Position numbers and translations under genes: made by a program
Shown: piece after piece, positions 1 to 13,361 of the stretch
How positions within the stretch are numbered: the stretch's first letter is position 1
Layout of the letters: each line of letters starts with the position of its first letter
Assembly (NCBI GenBank): GCA_025786725.1
Contig: JAHLTZ010000026.1
Span: 62,001-126,000, forward strand
DNA length: 64,000 nt
Source: Syncephalis fuscata S228
Lineage: Eukaryota > Fungi > Zoopagomycota
Direction: 5' to 3'
The notes under the pieces: generated by a model
What the model was told of the DNA's origin: nothing
What the model saw: the letters and a program-made list of their open reading frames with translations, nothing else
Database searches by the model: none

Positions 1-1313
1 AGAAAAGAAAGAAAAAGGCTAAAGACACGGCTTTATTTGTAGCATCAGGCATTGTCTGGCAAATGCTGTCCACGCTGTAACGAGAATGCGTGGTATACAA
101 TCCCTGGACATTGCCTTTGTCTGTTTCAATGGCCCATTTCTTTTTAGTCGCCTAAACTTTTTGTACAACGCGTTAATTATTGGACAATGAAGTCAATAGA
201 ACATGCGTTGTATCACGCTGCTTTCTATGGCCCAAAATAGGCGATGATCCAGGGCGTCATGTTAAAATCGTTTGCCTTTTTTTTATAATTTTCTTTTATA
301 GTATATCGTTAAAAATCTAAACGCTTTATTATACCGTTCATAAATCCTTATTACCATAATGATATAAAGTATCATAAGCATTAACATTGTGTAGATTATC
401 AAACAAGTTACTGGTTTCAACTTTGATTTCGTATAACATCATCGACCTTATTCGTAATATTATTGCTACTGTATTTCAATTACTATCTATTCTCACATTG
501 CTAGATAAAGTACTATTTCTGAAATAAATATGTTTATACAATTCGAATTACACGGACTAGTATACTCATTAATAGCATATAGCTATAAAAACAGACTCAG
601 CCACAAATGTATGATTGAATTTTATTATGATGAATAGCACAATGCTATAATTATAAACATGTACAAAAACGTGCATACTTAAAGCCAGTCAGCCTTGAAT
701 ATCATATTCTATGCACTGTTCCATTTTTAAACAGTGTAACCGTCAGCTATACGGCTATTTTAATAAACCAAACGAGCAAACAAAGCGATTGGCTAAAACT
801 TTATGTATTCGTTACTGTTTTAATAATACTGGTATGTCTAATAAATACGTCATCAAAGCTAGTACAACGTCAGTTACATTTTACCTGTGTTGCATAAATC
901 TATTATAGGTATAACTGCCAGTTGACATCATTACACCATATTAATAGAATTAATGGCAATCCGGTTAAACTAAAAAGTATTGTAGTTATCAAATAATGCA
1001 AAAATATTCTAAATTAGTATAGAAATTTCTGATTCTTGTACATTGTTCGTATAGTTACAACGATTATCAATACAAGCTACAACACGATTTGAACGCCAAT
1101 TAGAATATCAATATACTTGATTCTATAACGTTATTATCAATTACTTTATAAAAAACTAATAAAATGTTAATTAATTATAATATACTAATTTAGAATGTAC
1201 AAAATAGCCCAATATACATATTTATTAATAGTTAGGCGGTACACTTTTACGAATAAAAGTGTTTATACAAAATTGATTATGCAAAATGAAATTGATGGAA
1301 AAAAATGTTAAGA

Positions 1314-3304
1314 TCACTCGCTGTCCTTTGTTGAAACGGTGATGGTGGTCGTAATTGTGGTTCTTGTATCTTTACCACAACTTGTGTAATTGATCGCTGT
1401 ACCATAAACTGCTCTATCGTTTGTTACTTCTGTTTCTAATAATTGACCTGCAAAGCTATCATCATTGTCGTCTAATGTATATAACCATTGGCTATTTCTT
1501 CTTTCAAGTCATTATTCGATTTACATACATTGCTGGTAGAATACTCATGCTGTCTTTTTCCTACAACTTTAGATGGGTAATCGTCATGACTGTTATTAAT
1601 CAAACATGGAGACGTTGAAACACGTCTTAATTGCTGATGCAGTTCGTGGCCATGAAGAGCCCGCCTATCATTGGTATAACTTGTGATAGTGCTAGATGAT
1701 GTAGCAGTTGTCGCTGTCGCTGTTGTTGCCGCTGCTGTAGCCATCGTTATTGTTTCAATGGTCGGTGGATCTTCTTGAATTAATACATAACCAGCACAAA
1801 TGGTTACCTATGGCAAAAACAGTTTATTATTATTATTATTATTATTATATAATATTATTAATTATAATAGCTTACTACTAGAAACAGGATCCAATTGGTA
1901 GCAACATATTCACTAATACCGGCAATATTAACTTCAATCTCCTCGACTATTATTTAAATAGTAAACATTAATTATATATGTCTATTCATTTAACACTGAT
2001 GTTTACCTGGTTCTGCAGTAAATAAAAGTGCCCCATTGCGTGATAGAGATTGATGCAAATGTTGTAGAAATAAATGACTAGCCTCTACTACTCGCTGTCT
2101 ATTCCATAGTAGCGTATCTTCAGCTTTCATCGATACTAGCGGTACAGCATGTGAAAATTTATCCACAACTACCGATAAGACAAGTTGCGAGTTTTGTTGA
2201 CGAACACGCTGTGCATCTTCCTGCCGCAACTCTTCATCCAATCGACGTAGATCATTATCTTCAACGCGATCCTTTGAATCAGATGGCAGCACTAGTAAGA
2301 CAAGTCGGCGTACGGTTGGCAGTCCCGCATCTTTCATCTGCCGTGCATGCTCACTTGCTGCATAATATAGCTAAATGATAAATTTAATTAACTATTAGTA
2401 TTGATATTGCTACAAGGCAACATTACACACCTCCATAACTGATCGACAATGACCCGTCTCTTTGGCCATACGGCAATTAATGTAGCATCATCGTAATCAT
2501 TTGCCAAATTTAATGTATTTGCCAACGATTGAGCTTGTAGTAATAATTGTGGCGATGTGTCATACTTTTTCCGTTATTTGATTCATTTGAAAGTGGATCA
2601 AAGGGCCATTGAAACCGACAATGATGTTTAGTGGACAGTGGCCAATAGAATGCCGGTCCCACCTGAGACACCGAACTTGTCGGTATATCTTCTATTTGAT
2701 TCGCGGTATCAGGTCATAAGCGGCATTTCTATCAATAAAAACCGTAAATGAATTAACCGTATCACTACTCTCGATGGATTCATCGTCATTATTGTCATTG
2801 GATAATGTCTTATAGTTTTGGTGGGGACGACGACGATGACGGTCACGATAATTATAGAATGCATTTTTCAGTTTAGTTGTAGTACCAGCTATTAGCGCCG
2901 TTGTAGATAGAGCAAATTTTCAATGGCTTGTTGCTGTTGTTGTTCTTGTTTAATACACTGTTGCATTAATAGCACTCTATTAGGTGTAGTAGTAAATAGA
3001 GTAGCCGTTGAACTCGGGGTAAAATAATCAAATGTAAGCCATTCAATCAAGTGACATCATCGCTCATACTTGTCATAATAGTATCATTTATACTATTATC
3101 CAACAATAAAGGCGACACATCCTCTACTGTAATAGTCAATCGACTTTTAGTAACAGCTTGCGCCTGATATGCAGTAGTAACGTGCAATAGTGTCGTCAGT
3201 GTAAATAGCACCACCGCTACTACTATACAAAACATGATAACTTTCGACGTGTGAATAGATATCAAGCGCTCACTATCTCCAAACACGGTTATTAACAGTG
3301 ACAC
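1314..3304 (-). CDS. Multi-exon hypothetical protein, frame disrupted in several places; boundaries approximate
   Basis: Chained minus-strand coding segments (3047-3304, ~2430-2560, 1990-2337, 1472-1744) are separated by GT..AG introns. An alternative frame stays open to TGA at 1314-1316. No family recognised. Confidence 0.45.
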
Positions 3305-4000
3305 TTTGTTGATTCGGCTAACATAACACCGTGCCCATCCATAAAATAAAAATAAAAATAATTAAATATTCAAGAGTATAAACGTAGCTGTTTTCTAACG
3401 ACAATAGGCAAGCAATACGCCAACAGTAAAATGATGAACCGATAAAAGACCAATATAGATAAAACGCAATAGAAAGGCTTGGGTAAAAGCATAGTACTTT
3501 TCTGAAACCTTGCTTTTCATCGATTGGTACACGATTCGTTAAATTCTCTTTCATGCAGTCCTATTTTATTGCTCCATAGTATAGGAATAAATAGAGATAG
3601 TTGATCGCCAATGCCATGCTATTGTTACATTATGTCGTGGTTGCAAGTCTATTCTTTATTCATTTCTGCAATTAAAAAAATAAAGATGATAATTTTTGAC
3701 AAAAGACTTGCGCGACAATACAAACCAGAAAAAAAATAAATGCGCGCGAATCAAGGTCATTCTGTGTGTTGTGTGTTTGTGTAAGAGAAAAGCGTGTAAT
3801 CGATGGAGTAAGTAAGAGTGAAGTGAGCGTAAGTAAGAGAAGTGGTAGAGTGAGTGATAGAGATAAAGAGAAAGGAGTAGGAAACTAATAATAGACTTTA
3901 ATCGATAATAGATAATTAAAATCTTTGACAGATACGCTTCTTCAAAGCGAAAGATATAGCAATCAATCATTCAAACCCATCGTGAATACATCGCTATGGA

Positions 4001-7000
4001 TTATTCTCGACAAGCTCGTTTCACCATTTCACGCGCCCATCGTGCAACATTTCTGGCAGCTTAGTAGCATATCGACTGGAACGGCCGTCACGTAGACATT
4101 GCTGTACCCAAGGTGCAGTTAGTGCCAGTGTTAGTTCGCCTTCTGGATAAGTTTCGGCCAAATCGCCTAATAATCCAACAAGGCCGCCTAGTACTTGTGG
4201 AGATCGGTTGGGTGTATTGTAGATTTCTTCCATGTTAAGGAAAATGCCTGGTACATATTGAATAAGGCCATCGGTAGCATTGGCGGCCTTAAGACCCTGT
4301 GTAATGCCGATATATGCCTCAAGAATGCCACTACGTAGTGCATTGCCGTATTCAACCATCTCGTAGTTGGTTGGTTCTATTTGATATTGGCATGCTAGCT
4401 GGATGGCTGTCATGACATTGGCCAAGAAGGGTGTGAATTGCGCGTTAATAGCGAGGGCAATATCGCCGACACAGGCTAGTACGGCTGGTTTGACTGCCGT
4501 GTTAACATTAGAACTGTAGAGCATTTGGCCGAGTAGTTCCATAAATGAATTGCAGAATGGGACCACCTGTTCGCCTAGAGCACGGCACAGATCACCTACC
4601 AGACCAATGGCAATCAAGCAAAGTTGGTGTTCATCGTGCTTCTGTAGTGCTGTACACAAGAATGGCACAAATGATTCGACATAACGTGCGAAATCAACCT
4701 CCAAAGCGGCAGTCAAGGCGCTAATGCATAGGAAAACATCCTCGGTCACAATGGAGGAACGGCCAGTGTTGACCTGCAGATGCGCAGCAAAATGGTCATA
4801 AGACGATCGGATACAGGTACGATGTCCTTGCTGAGGCGGCGCGTGATAGAGGTAAGTACCGAGCATACGTTCGACTGCAGCTCCGTGTATGCAGCACGGT
4901 CATCGGCATTGACAATCTGTTCCTGCAAGTCAAAGGTTGTTTCGAGACGAGTGAGCATGCCATCGGCAATGGCTAGAATAGTGTTGAAGCAGTCGCGTGG
5001 TGCAGATGCAATGATGCTTGAAAGCGCTTCGTAGGCTGATGTACGTGCATTATTTTCATTATCGGTACGGTCACCAACTTGAGTCAATGCCGTGGTGATT
5101 CCTTCAAAGTATTGGGAGAGTGGATACGTTTCAAGTACATCTATATCATCGCCCAATTGCTGTCCCAAATTCATGAGCGACCAGCTACAATTGGCAATAA
5201 TCTTGGGTGAGTCGCTTAATCCGGCCACTAGAGCAGCCACAAGTGGATGCAACTGAGTTTCCAGATTGATCGTTTGAATAAGTAATTCACACACACGGCC
5301 AAGTGTCCAGGCTGCCGTGTCCTTCACCTGGATTACTGGATCTTTAACCATTTCGATTAAAAGAGGGAAGGCTTGCGCCACCAATGGAGCAAGATTTTCA
5401 GGCTGTGGACCATCAAGAATAGAACCGAATGCCATTACTGCTGCTTCACGGCCGTGCCAGTTCTCATTGCGAATATTACTTTCGATAAATGGAATAACAG
5501 GTGGCACAATATCGCCGCCTACACACTGGGCAAGCAGTGCGAGACAAGTGGCTGCAGCCATTGATACATTCCAGTCATCGTCGTCAGCATCCTCTTCCTA
5601 TAACCGGTAATAAAAGCGTGTTAATATCATTTAAAGTTAAGTGCAATTACGTGCTTACCTGTTTTGTAAGCAATAAAAGCAATACTGGCAATACTTCAGG
5701 TAGTGCCTTCTTAGCAAATTGCATGCTTTCACGTTGTGGCTCATCGCCGAGTTCTTGAGCTTCAAGGGCCAAATCGGTTAACTCAATCTCTTCATCACAA
5801 ACAGTAGACCAGAATTCAATGGCTTGTAAAGCAACTCGTTCATCGTCGTTCTTCATGCCCATAATTGTAAGGGAGTAGAGTGCCTGTTCCATGTACAGGC
5901 CCATACGATCATAGTAAAGCTGCATGATACGCACCATCGTCTCAAATGCTGCCACTTTAACTCGATCATCTGCACTTTGTGTGGCCTCACACACCAATTG
6001 CATGATGTAATTACGTTGGCCCTATAAAAATTATTATTATTAATAAATATACTATTACACCGATGAAACAACAACAACAACAACAACTTACTTCATTATC
6101 GAAATTAGAGCGTACAAATTCCAAAGAATTGTAAAGCGCATTAATTGCGGCCAATCGGACCTCTTGACTAATTAAATATTAACAAATAAACATCAATAAA
6201 TAAACATTATTATACAAGTATACTATACTTACTCAGTTTCTTGTTGATTAGCACCTTCAGCAACAGCCGTTAGAATTTGACTTGATTGCGCAGCGAGAAT
6301 GGATGGATCCTAGTACATTAGTTGTATCCACTGATTGTTATTACCAAATTCAATAAATACCACATCAATCTACTTACAATTGCCTCGCATACATAACCAA
6401 TTGCTTTAAGAGCCGATTTTTTCAACGAAGCATTATTACCACCTGAAATACTGGCCAATAGCTGCTGAATAAGCTCTAACCACTGTCCCATAGGAATTTC
6501 AATGGACGCAATAGCTGCAACGACCTAGAAATGCATCATCATCATCAATCCATAATGTAAGCTATCGTTAATTATAAACAATTTCGCTATTTACCTGAGC
6601 TACATTGTTACCAACAAAGCTATTGGGTGTTGCAAGTGTTTGCAAAACCTATAATACAAATTGATAAGCCATACTTATTTAACATCATCTATTTCACATG
6701 AAAATAGACATTATAGATCACCTACCATTTGTTTAATTTGCTGGCGTGTATTTGGGTCGATGGACATCCACTTTTCGGCCAGTTCTTGTCGCCGAGGTGC
6801 TTCCTAATTTCATGCAATGCATGTGTCAGTGTGTACAGTGCAAATTGTGTCCACTACTCGTTTACATACCCGTGCCGTCATCGTATTCTTGAGCGCCAAC
6901 GCAGCCGCTGTACGCACATTAGCCTCACTGGCTTCGTTGGCCATTTCCTGACAGAGCATGACCGTATACGTCGGCTATTAAAGAGAACACCATGTAGAAA

Positions 7001-7304
7001 TCACAATAATCGCTATAGATTAGCTTCTGGATACATACATGTATATTCTATGGCTCGTTGACCAAAAAAACTGATCATGCCGTCTACTTACAAAGCTTTC
7101 CCGCGAGGCCGACTCTAATTGCAGGGTGGCATTTTCGCGGAGCTGCGCATCTATTAAAATATAGTTGAAACGATGGTGGGGTAGTAATAATGTAATAGTA
7201 GGCGGTCAGATGAGTTACTAGACGATCTAGGCCGACTACGATCGAGCCGGTAACAAACACCTACCCGCAGATAATGTATTGAGAAGAATGTCGCTAAACG
7301 ACAT
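4001..7304 (-). CDS. KAP95: Importin subunit beta-1 (karyopherin beta), multi-exon
   Basis: ATG at 7304 (MSFSDILLNTLS). HEAT-repeat motifs ALQAIEFWSTVCDEE, EEDADDDDWNVSMAAATCL, REAAVMAFGSILDGP and VKDTAAWTLGR. C-terminus ARWAREMVKRACRE* is recovered after single-base frameshifts near 4780 and 4060. Confidence 0.96.
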
Positions 7305-7963
7305 GGTGAACAACTACACAACGAAAAGATGCTGGGCTGCTACTACTACTACTACGGAGTGAACAAGCGGGCGAAGCGAGAAAAAAAAGGAAAAGTGGTA
7401 GAGAAATTGCGTCAGAGTCGTCTGTGTGTGTGTATGATGGCGTTGGTGGTGACTGAGTAGGCGTCAACTATATCTACACCACTTGTCGTTTTCTCTTTCT
7501 CTCTCTTCTGTTTAAATGAATAGAAAATAGCTTTTGGCTTTTTATCGTTTATTAGTTAATAATTATATATTTATTATCAATAAAATGAACCATCTTAACA
7601 ATGATTATAATAGCTGTAATAGCAATATTAATAAGGACACTAGTAATTGATGAGTCAAATGGTATCAGTATTATGTGACAATAATCATCATCATCATCAA
7701 TACTGTTCCATACTATTCGTCGTTCTTCTATCAAACACTACAAAGTCGTTATCTATCATTTTGTGTAGATACATCTTTTGTAATAACAGCTTGTACGCAG
7801 CATATTCATGTGTAAGAAAGAAGGCCGACATAAATAGAATTTTTTTTACTTTTTAAATAGCATTTTATTATTTGACTAATTTGGAAATTCGATGATATAC
7901 ACGTTAATAAGTGCCTTTATTATCGTTTATTTAACAATACACAGTTTATTTAATTATTGATTA

Positions 7964-10426
7964 TTATTTATGATTATTTGAGTTTGACAAGTGCATATTT
8001 TGCCATGCTTGATCTAATTGTGCTAAATCTTCAGTACTAGTATTTATATCCAGATCTATATCCAGATCTATATCTACGTATTGCAATTTAGTAGGTACAC
8101 TGCTGATGCCTAATGTATCGTTTGGCGATGATATTGTTACAAGTTGGTCGGATACCGTTATTGGCTCTTTGTTGGATGCATCGTCTACACCAACTATAAA
8201 AATAAGATCTTGAAGCGTACAACAGTTTAGCATTAGCATAACATGTTCTATTGTATCTAAACTCGTTTGTTCCAAGTGTCGTATTTGATTAAATGGTAAT
8301 TCAGAAGAGAACATCATTGAAGTAGATGGCGTAACTTGATGATCTATACTATTATAACCATAATCCTCATATTCTTCTTCATATTCTTCTTCCTCATCAT
8401 CATCTTCCCATTCACTTTCACTATTTGGACGTGATGATTTACTTCTTTTGCGACTGATTGGTTTCAACTTTGGTCTTTCCAATCTATAATATTGATCATT
8501 GTTATTACTTAATACGCTATTGTAATAAAATGTACATACTTTGTTGTAACTTTTTGTAAATTAGCTCTTAATGACAAGAGAGTTTGTACAATGGACGGTG
8601 GTAATTGTGCACCGGGCTGAAAGCATAAATAACACAAGGCAATTTGACAAATCAATAATGCTATTATTTAGAATCATTAATAATTAATCAAATAGTTTAA
8701 TAAATACTTTGTTACAAGCTTACCTTCTGCTCCTTCATCTGGCTGTTGATAGGTACGTTGACGAACATTGGTGGCTGTTTTATGAGTGGCAGTTAGAAGA
8801 AATCGTGGCCACCAGGATTTTCTCGGTTGCCATACAGTATTCCAGACAGATAAATTTTGTTTTTTTCTAAATGATCAATTGTTAAATATACAGGTGTATG
8901 TCCATTGACTTGTCTGCTTACCTGGCGTAGAGTCCTGCTTTGATTAGTTGACAGCACATCCAGTTTGACCAATCGCCGCTTTCTATTCGGTCGAATAGTC
9001 GGTCCAGCAATACTGCTAATTGATCCAGATTAGTTTCTGGCATATCTAATAGCAAAATAAATAAGATTTAATGTAAAAAGCTAATTGTAACTCACCAATC
9101 CATGTCCATTCTAAATCAACCCATATTTTGAAAAGATAAATTGGTGCAGTTGGATCGATAGTAAAGTATTCATTTGCTACTTCTATTAATGTCATTGGAT
9201 TATGTAGTCGTGCTAGACTATCTGCACTACTATTATAATGAATGCTATCGTCGTCAATAGATAATCCTGTTGCCGTCACGGTTGATGGTGTATCCAGTGC
9301 ATCATTCTCATTGTCATTGTCACTATCCTCACTATCATCGTGTCCAATAGTATTTGTATTGGTGCGAGAATCTTGATCATCCAATTGAGGCGCACGTTTA
9401 AATATTTGATAAGAAAAGTAGAATTCAGTTCTTAATCTAACGTATACACAATTACATTGTTAGTAAGTTTAAGTTCTTTTTTATAATACTATCTATACAC
9501 CTACCGATGTAGCTCCAGTCTATTCGGGTAACGTTTGCATAGTCTATACATTAATCGCTCGGCTTTGACAAGCATTCCATTGTGCAGTAATAGCTATTGT
9601 GGCATTTGTATCATGCTTATTAATTAATATACATAAAAACTAACCTCCAAATAATAAGGCAAGCAGTTTAATAAAATTTCGTTATCCATTTTTGAGGCTT
9701 TTGTAAAATATCTTATAGCCGCCATACTAGCCATACGTGCACTGTGAATTTCCTTTTCTACATAAAATATAAGAACACATTATATTACAATGTTTAATCA
9801 AAGTTACTTACCGCGTCTTTTCGTATCCCAAATACTAAACTGAATCATGCCGGCATAAAAGTGAAAAAGTGGATTATCGCGATAAGGGTTTAAATGGATA
9901 CGACTAGTGTATTGTTAGAAACATGGTAATAATAAATGTATACTCATTTAACAAACAAACTAACCTAATCAATTGATCATAGGCTGCAGTAACGTTATTT
10001 CGTTGTAAAGAATTAAGTATTAGCTCCATAAATGCAGTTTCTCGCTATTTTATATAGCTATTAATGCATATTTGTATAACAATCATGTCTATGGCTTACA
10101 TGTTGAACTGATTTGGCCGAAAGTGCCAACAAATACTTTGTTACCAAGTCATTATGTCCTAATCTACGCAACACTTCTACCAAAGGCTATTGGCGCGATG
10201 TTAGCCTAATTAACTGGCATTGTCCCATTCTACCTACCTCCCAAGGAAAAATGGGGCGAGACCGCGCAAGCAGCACAGAATGAAAGACGCTTAGTATACG
10301 TAGGGCGGTCTTCCAGTCTTGCACCAAAAGTGCTCGTACTAGTATACGATTAAGTAGCTTTATATGTAGAAAAACCACAGGCTTCAACCAGGCTGAGCCC
10401 CAGATTGGCAACAGCGTACAATCCAT
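7964..10426 (-). CDS. RNA polymerase I initiation factor subunit, Rrn11/TAF1A-like, multi-exon
   Basis: HIKLLNRILVRALLVQDWKTA resembles the Rrn11 N-terminal helix. Also PYRDNPLFHFYAGMI, and RKSWWPRF resembling the TAF1A WWP motif. Acidic low-complexity tail. Similarity recalled, not searched. Confidence 0.55.
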
Positions 10427-11615
10427 ACAGTCGAGTTGAAAGAGGAGAGAAAAGAAGGCTTTGTTATTGGTTGTTAACCAAATAATAAAGTTAAAATAAA
10501 AGAAATAAATGCAACCAGATTGCTATGCCCATTTTTGGTAATACTCATTTCACTTCCTTTTTCCTAACACTTTTAACACAATTAAACATCCATCCATCGC
10601 TATTTCATGCGCATTGTAACATGTATAATATTACATTCTCAAAATAAACCATTTTAAGTTTAGTAATTTGCTTTATTATTATTAATTTATCAATTAAATC
10701 ATTTTCTATTTATTAGTATTTCGTTTTTTGTAATGACATTCACCGCAACTAAACACTCTTTAATGATGTTTTTTATAACTGTTTCCTTAGTAGTTTGTAT
10801 TTGTTTTTTAATAAAAAACGTTTATTTCAACATTAGCTACTGCTTCAATACTATTATTACTAATTTTCACATAACATATTTTGTATTGTTTTTAAATTGC
10901 ATTTACTAAAGTAATTGTTGAAAGTCTTTTAACAAATAAAATAAGATTGACATATTGTTAGTATAGCCACAATTAACTAAACTACGTAAATATGCAAAGT
11001 TTTAAATTAAAATTGTTGCATTTATTGTAATTAACTTTTTTCCCATCAGCGATTTTTAGTTTTGTAACTTTTATTATTCAACATTATTATAAATACATAA
11101 TACTGTTATTCAAATAATAATAAATATGCTAATTTAAGCTATTGTTAAAAGTCAAAGTCATTAGATACTAACAATATTTTTATTAAATTAATATTAAAAC
11201 ATTTGATTAAGCTACTATTTTTATTTCTTTTTCTTCTTTAGTTGCTTGGTCAAAGTTACATCCTTTTATTACTTTTGTTGTAGCAATGTAATTTTTTATT
11301 AAATCAAAAGCAAATCAAGTTTTGTAATAAAAAATAGCACCTATTGAGCTATTACAATTGTTAGTGTATACTAAATAATTAAATATGTACTTAATACTTT
11401 TACTTGTACATCTGTTGATTTTAATTTGAAAATGTAGCAATGTCATTTACAATTGCCAACAAGTTTAAACTCGTCAACGGCAATCCTCAGTTCTTTGATA
11501 CGGGTAAACATAGTTTTTTTAAATAGCTCAGTAGACACTGTAGTAGATTTCTGCAAAACGGTGTATTTTAATAAATAAAATCAAAAAACAATTTATTTTT
11601 GAAAATTACCCTTCT

Positions 11616-13361
11616 ATGGTTGTGTTACAATTATTACGCACCACCATCATCGTATCCCTTATTGCTTTCTTTCTTGCTCATTTTTGTCCTTTATGTCGTA
11701 GCACAATGGGAAAGCCTTCGCGTCTACTTCAAGTACCGCCCGAGATTGCTAATCATGTGCTTTTATATCTAAGTTGGCGTGAGGCATTGCAACTGGCTAG
11801 TATTGTGCCGTTGTATCGGCGTGTTCTACGAGGCCATCCTGGTTTATGGCGCCGTTATTATCGCGAGGAATTCTTATGCACTGAACAAGATAAAGTATTG
11901 GGTACTTACTTACAGTCTCGTATAGAAACTGAGCAACTATTAAACCCAGCAACAAACATGGATTTACTTGATACCACAAGTAATAAATTCATCGATTGGG
12001 AGCAGCTATTTCGTCGCCAAATACTACTTCACAAATGCTGGCGTCAGGGACGATATACAGTTCGTCCAATAGAATTATCAAACGACGCGTCATCGCTTAT
12101 GCAATCGGTACATCCATGCGTACTAACAAGCAATGCTGACTATTCTGTCGTTTTTCTTCGACCGGAATCGACAACAACTGGCGATGGCCAGCTTTATATC
12201 GTCTATAATACGCCCGATCCTCATCGTCGGCCAATTCAACTTGCTCCTTTAGGCCGGCCTGGCCTACTTAACAAGCTAACATTTTTTCCCATGGTTCCTC
12301 GTTTACCATGTGATAATAAAGCAATTGTACTGATTATTCGAACCAGCTCGCCTATGCAGCTATTCCTATGTGCTTGGAATCCATTAACTGGCCAACGACT
12401 AATGCAAACTAGCCTACCCGGTGTTACATCGGCCAGTATGACCGATCGACGTGAACGTTGGCTGTTACTTTCGCTAGATGGTGATCGTTGGCGTCTCTAT
12501 GATCTTAGGTCAACGATCGAAGGCCAGCCTGCTTGGTCAGCACCTACTAGTAATGGTGCCGGATTTTGTATTGGTTACGACTCTACTGCCACTGATACCA
12601 ATAGTTCTGCAAATGCTGCTATTCTCGGCGCGTCATCTTATGCCAGCAAAGACTGGGTTGAACTTGTAAAGATGTCCAAGTCACGACAACAGCCCGGCTA
12701 CCTTGTATGGCACTCGTTCATATGTTGCCATGATTCGGACGAAGGAGGCGTGGAGAATAATTCAAATAGTATTTGTTTAGCAGGTATTGTTCGCGTGGTG
12801 CGTCTATTCAATTGGAGATTGCTGCGCGATGGAGATCGGCTTGTTGTTTCAGTGCGAGGTCAGCATGGAGAGCAAGCGCTTGTTGTTGCATCGCGTTCTC
12901 AAAATTCTGTTTTGTGGAGCCGTTCTCAATGTGAAGCGCCTTCATTACCCATTTATCTACCAAGCTATGATTTTTTTGTCATGACTGGCTGGATTGAAGA
13001 ATTGATAAAAGATGATACAGGCCGCATTACCTCTCGACGCCGTACCGCGGGACATTTGGTACTAAATGCTCGCTCAGGTAGTATTCTCAACACGTTGACA
13101 AATCTCTCGTCCAAAACACTAAAGGACATTGGCCTTGGTGCTTTCTTGTTGGTACAGCCATCGGGACGTGTCTCTAATGACGATATCAGTACAAACAAAA
13201 CAGAATTACTTGACGTACGCACTAGCCAAATTGTCTCTCAGCTGAGTGGCATTTCGCCCTATGAATTTACGCAGCAAACGGCAGGGCCTACACATTTTAT
13301 AAGCTATGATAGCACTGTAAAACAGCTGTACTTGCACGATTTTGCCATGGATAGTGCGTAA
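11616..13361 (+). CDS. Intronless F-box protein with beta-rich C-terminal region
   Basis: 581-aa ORF with F-box motif LLQVPPEIANHVLLYLSWREALQLASIVPLYRRVL..LWRRYY followed by WRQGRY. The true start may be the second Met (MGKPS, ~11706). Confidence 0.8.
   Translation: MVVLQLLRTTIIVSLIAFFLAHFCPLCRSTMGKPSRLLQVPPEIANHVLLYLSWREALQLASIVPLYRRVLRGHPGLWRRYYREEFLCTEQDKVLGTYLQSRIETEQLLNPATNMDLLDTTSNKFIDWEQLFRRQILLHKCWRQGRYTVRPIELSNDASSLMQSVHPCVLTSNADYSVVFLRPESTTTGDGQLYIVYNTPDPHRRPIQLAPLGRPGLLNKLTFFPMVPRLPCDNKAIVLIIRTSSPMQLFLCAWNPLTGQRLMQTSLPGVTSASMTDRRERWLLLSLDGDRWRLYDLRSTIEGQPAWSAPTSNGAGFCIGYDSTATDTNSSANAAILGASSYASKDWVELVKMSKSRQQPGYLVWHSFICCHDSDEGGVENNSNSICLAGIVRVVRLFNWRLLRDGDRLVVSVRGQHGEQALVVASRSQNSVLWSRSQCEAPSLPIYLPSYDFFVMTGWIEELIKDDTGRITSRRRTAGHLVLNARSGSILNTLTNLSSKTLKDIGLGAFLLVQPSGRVSNDDISTNKTELLDVRTSQIVSQLSGISPYEFTQQTAGPTHFISYDSTVKQLYLHDFAMDSA

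Noticed and set aside
4746-4866. Programmed ribosomal frameshift joining the overlapping KAP95 ORFs
   Set aside because: No slippery site. The same one-base-deletion pattern recurs in many unrelated genes, consistent with assembly error.
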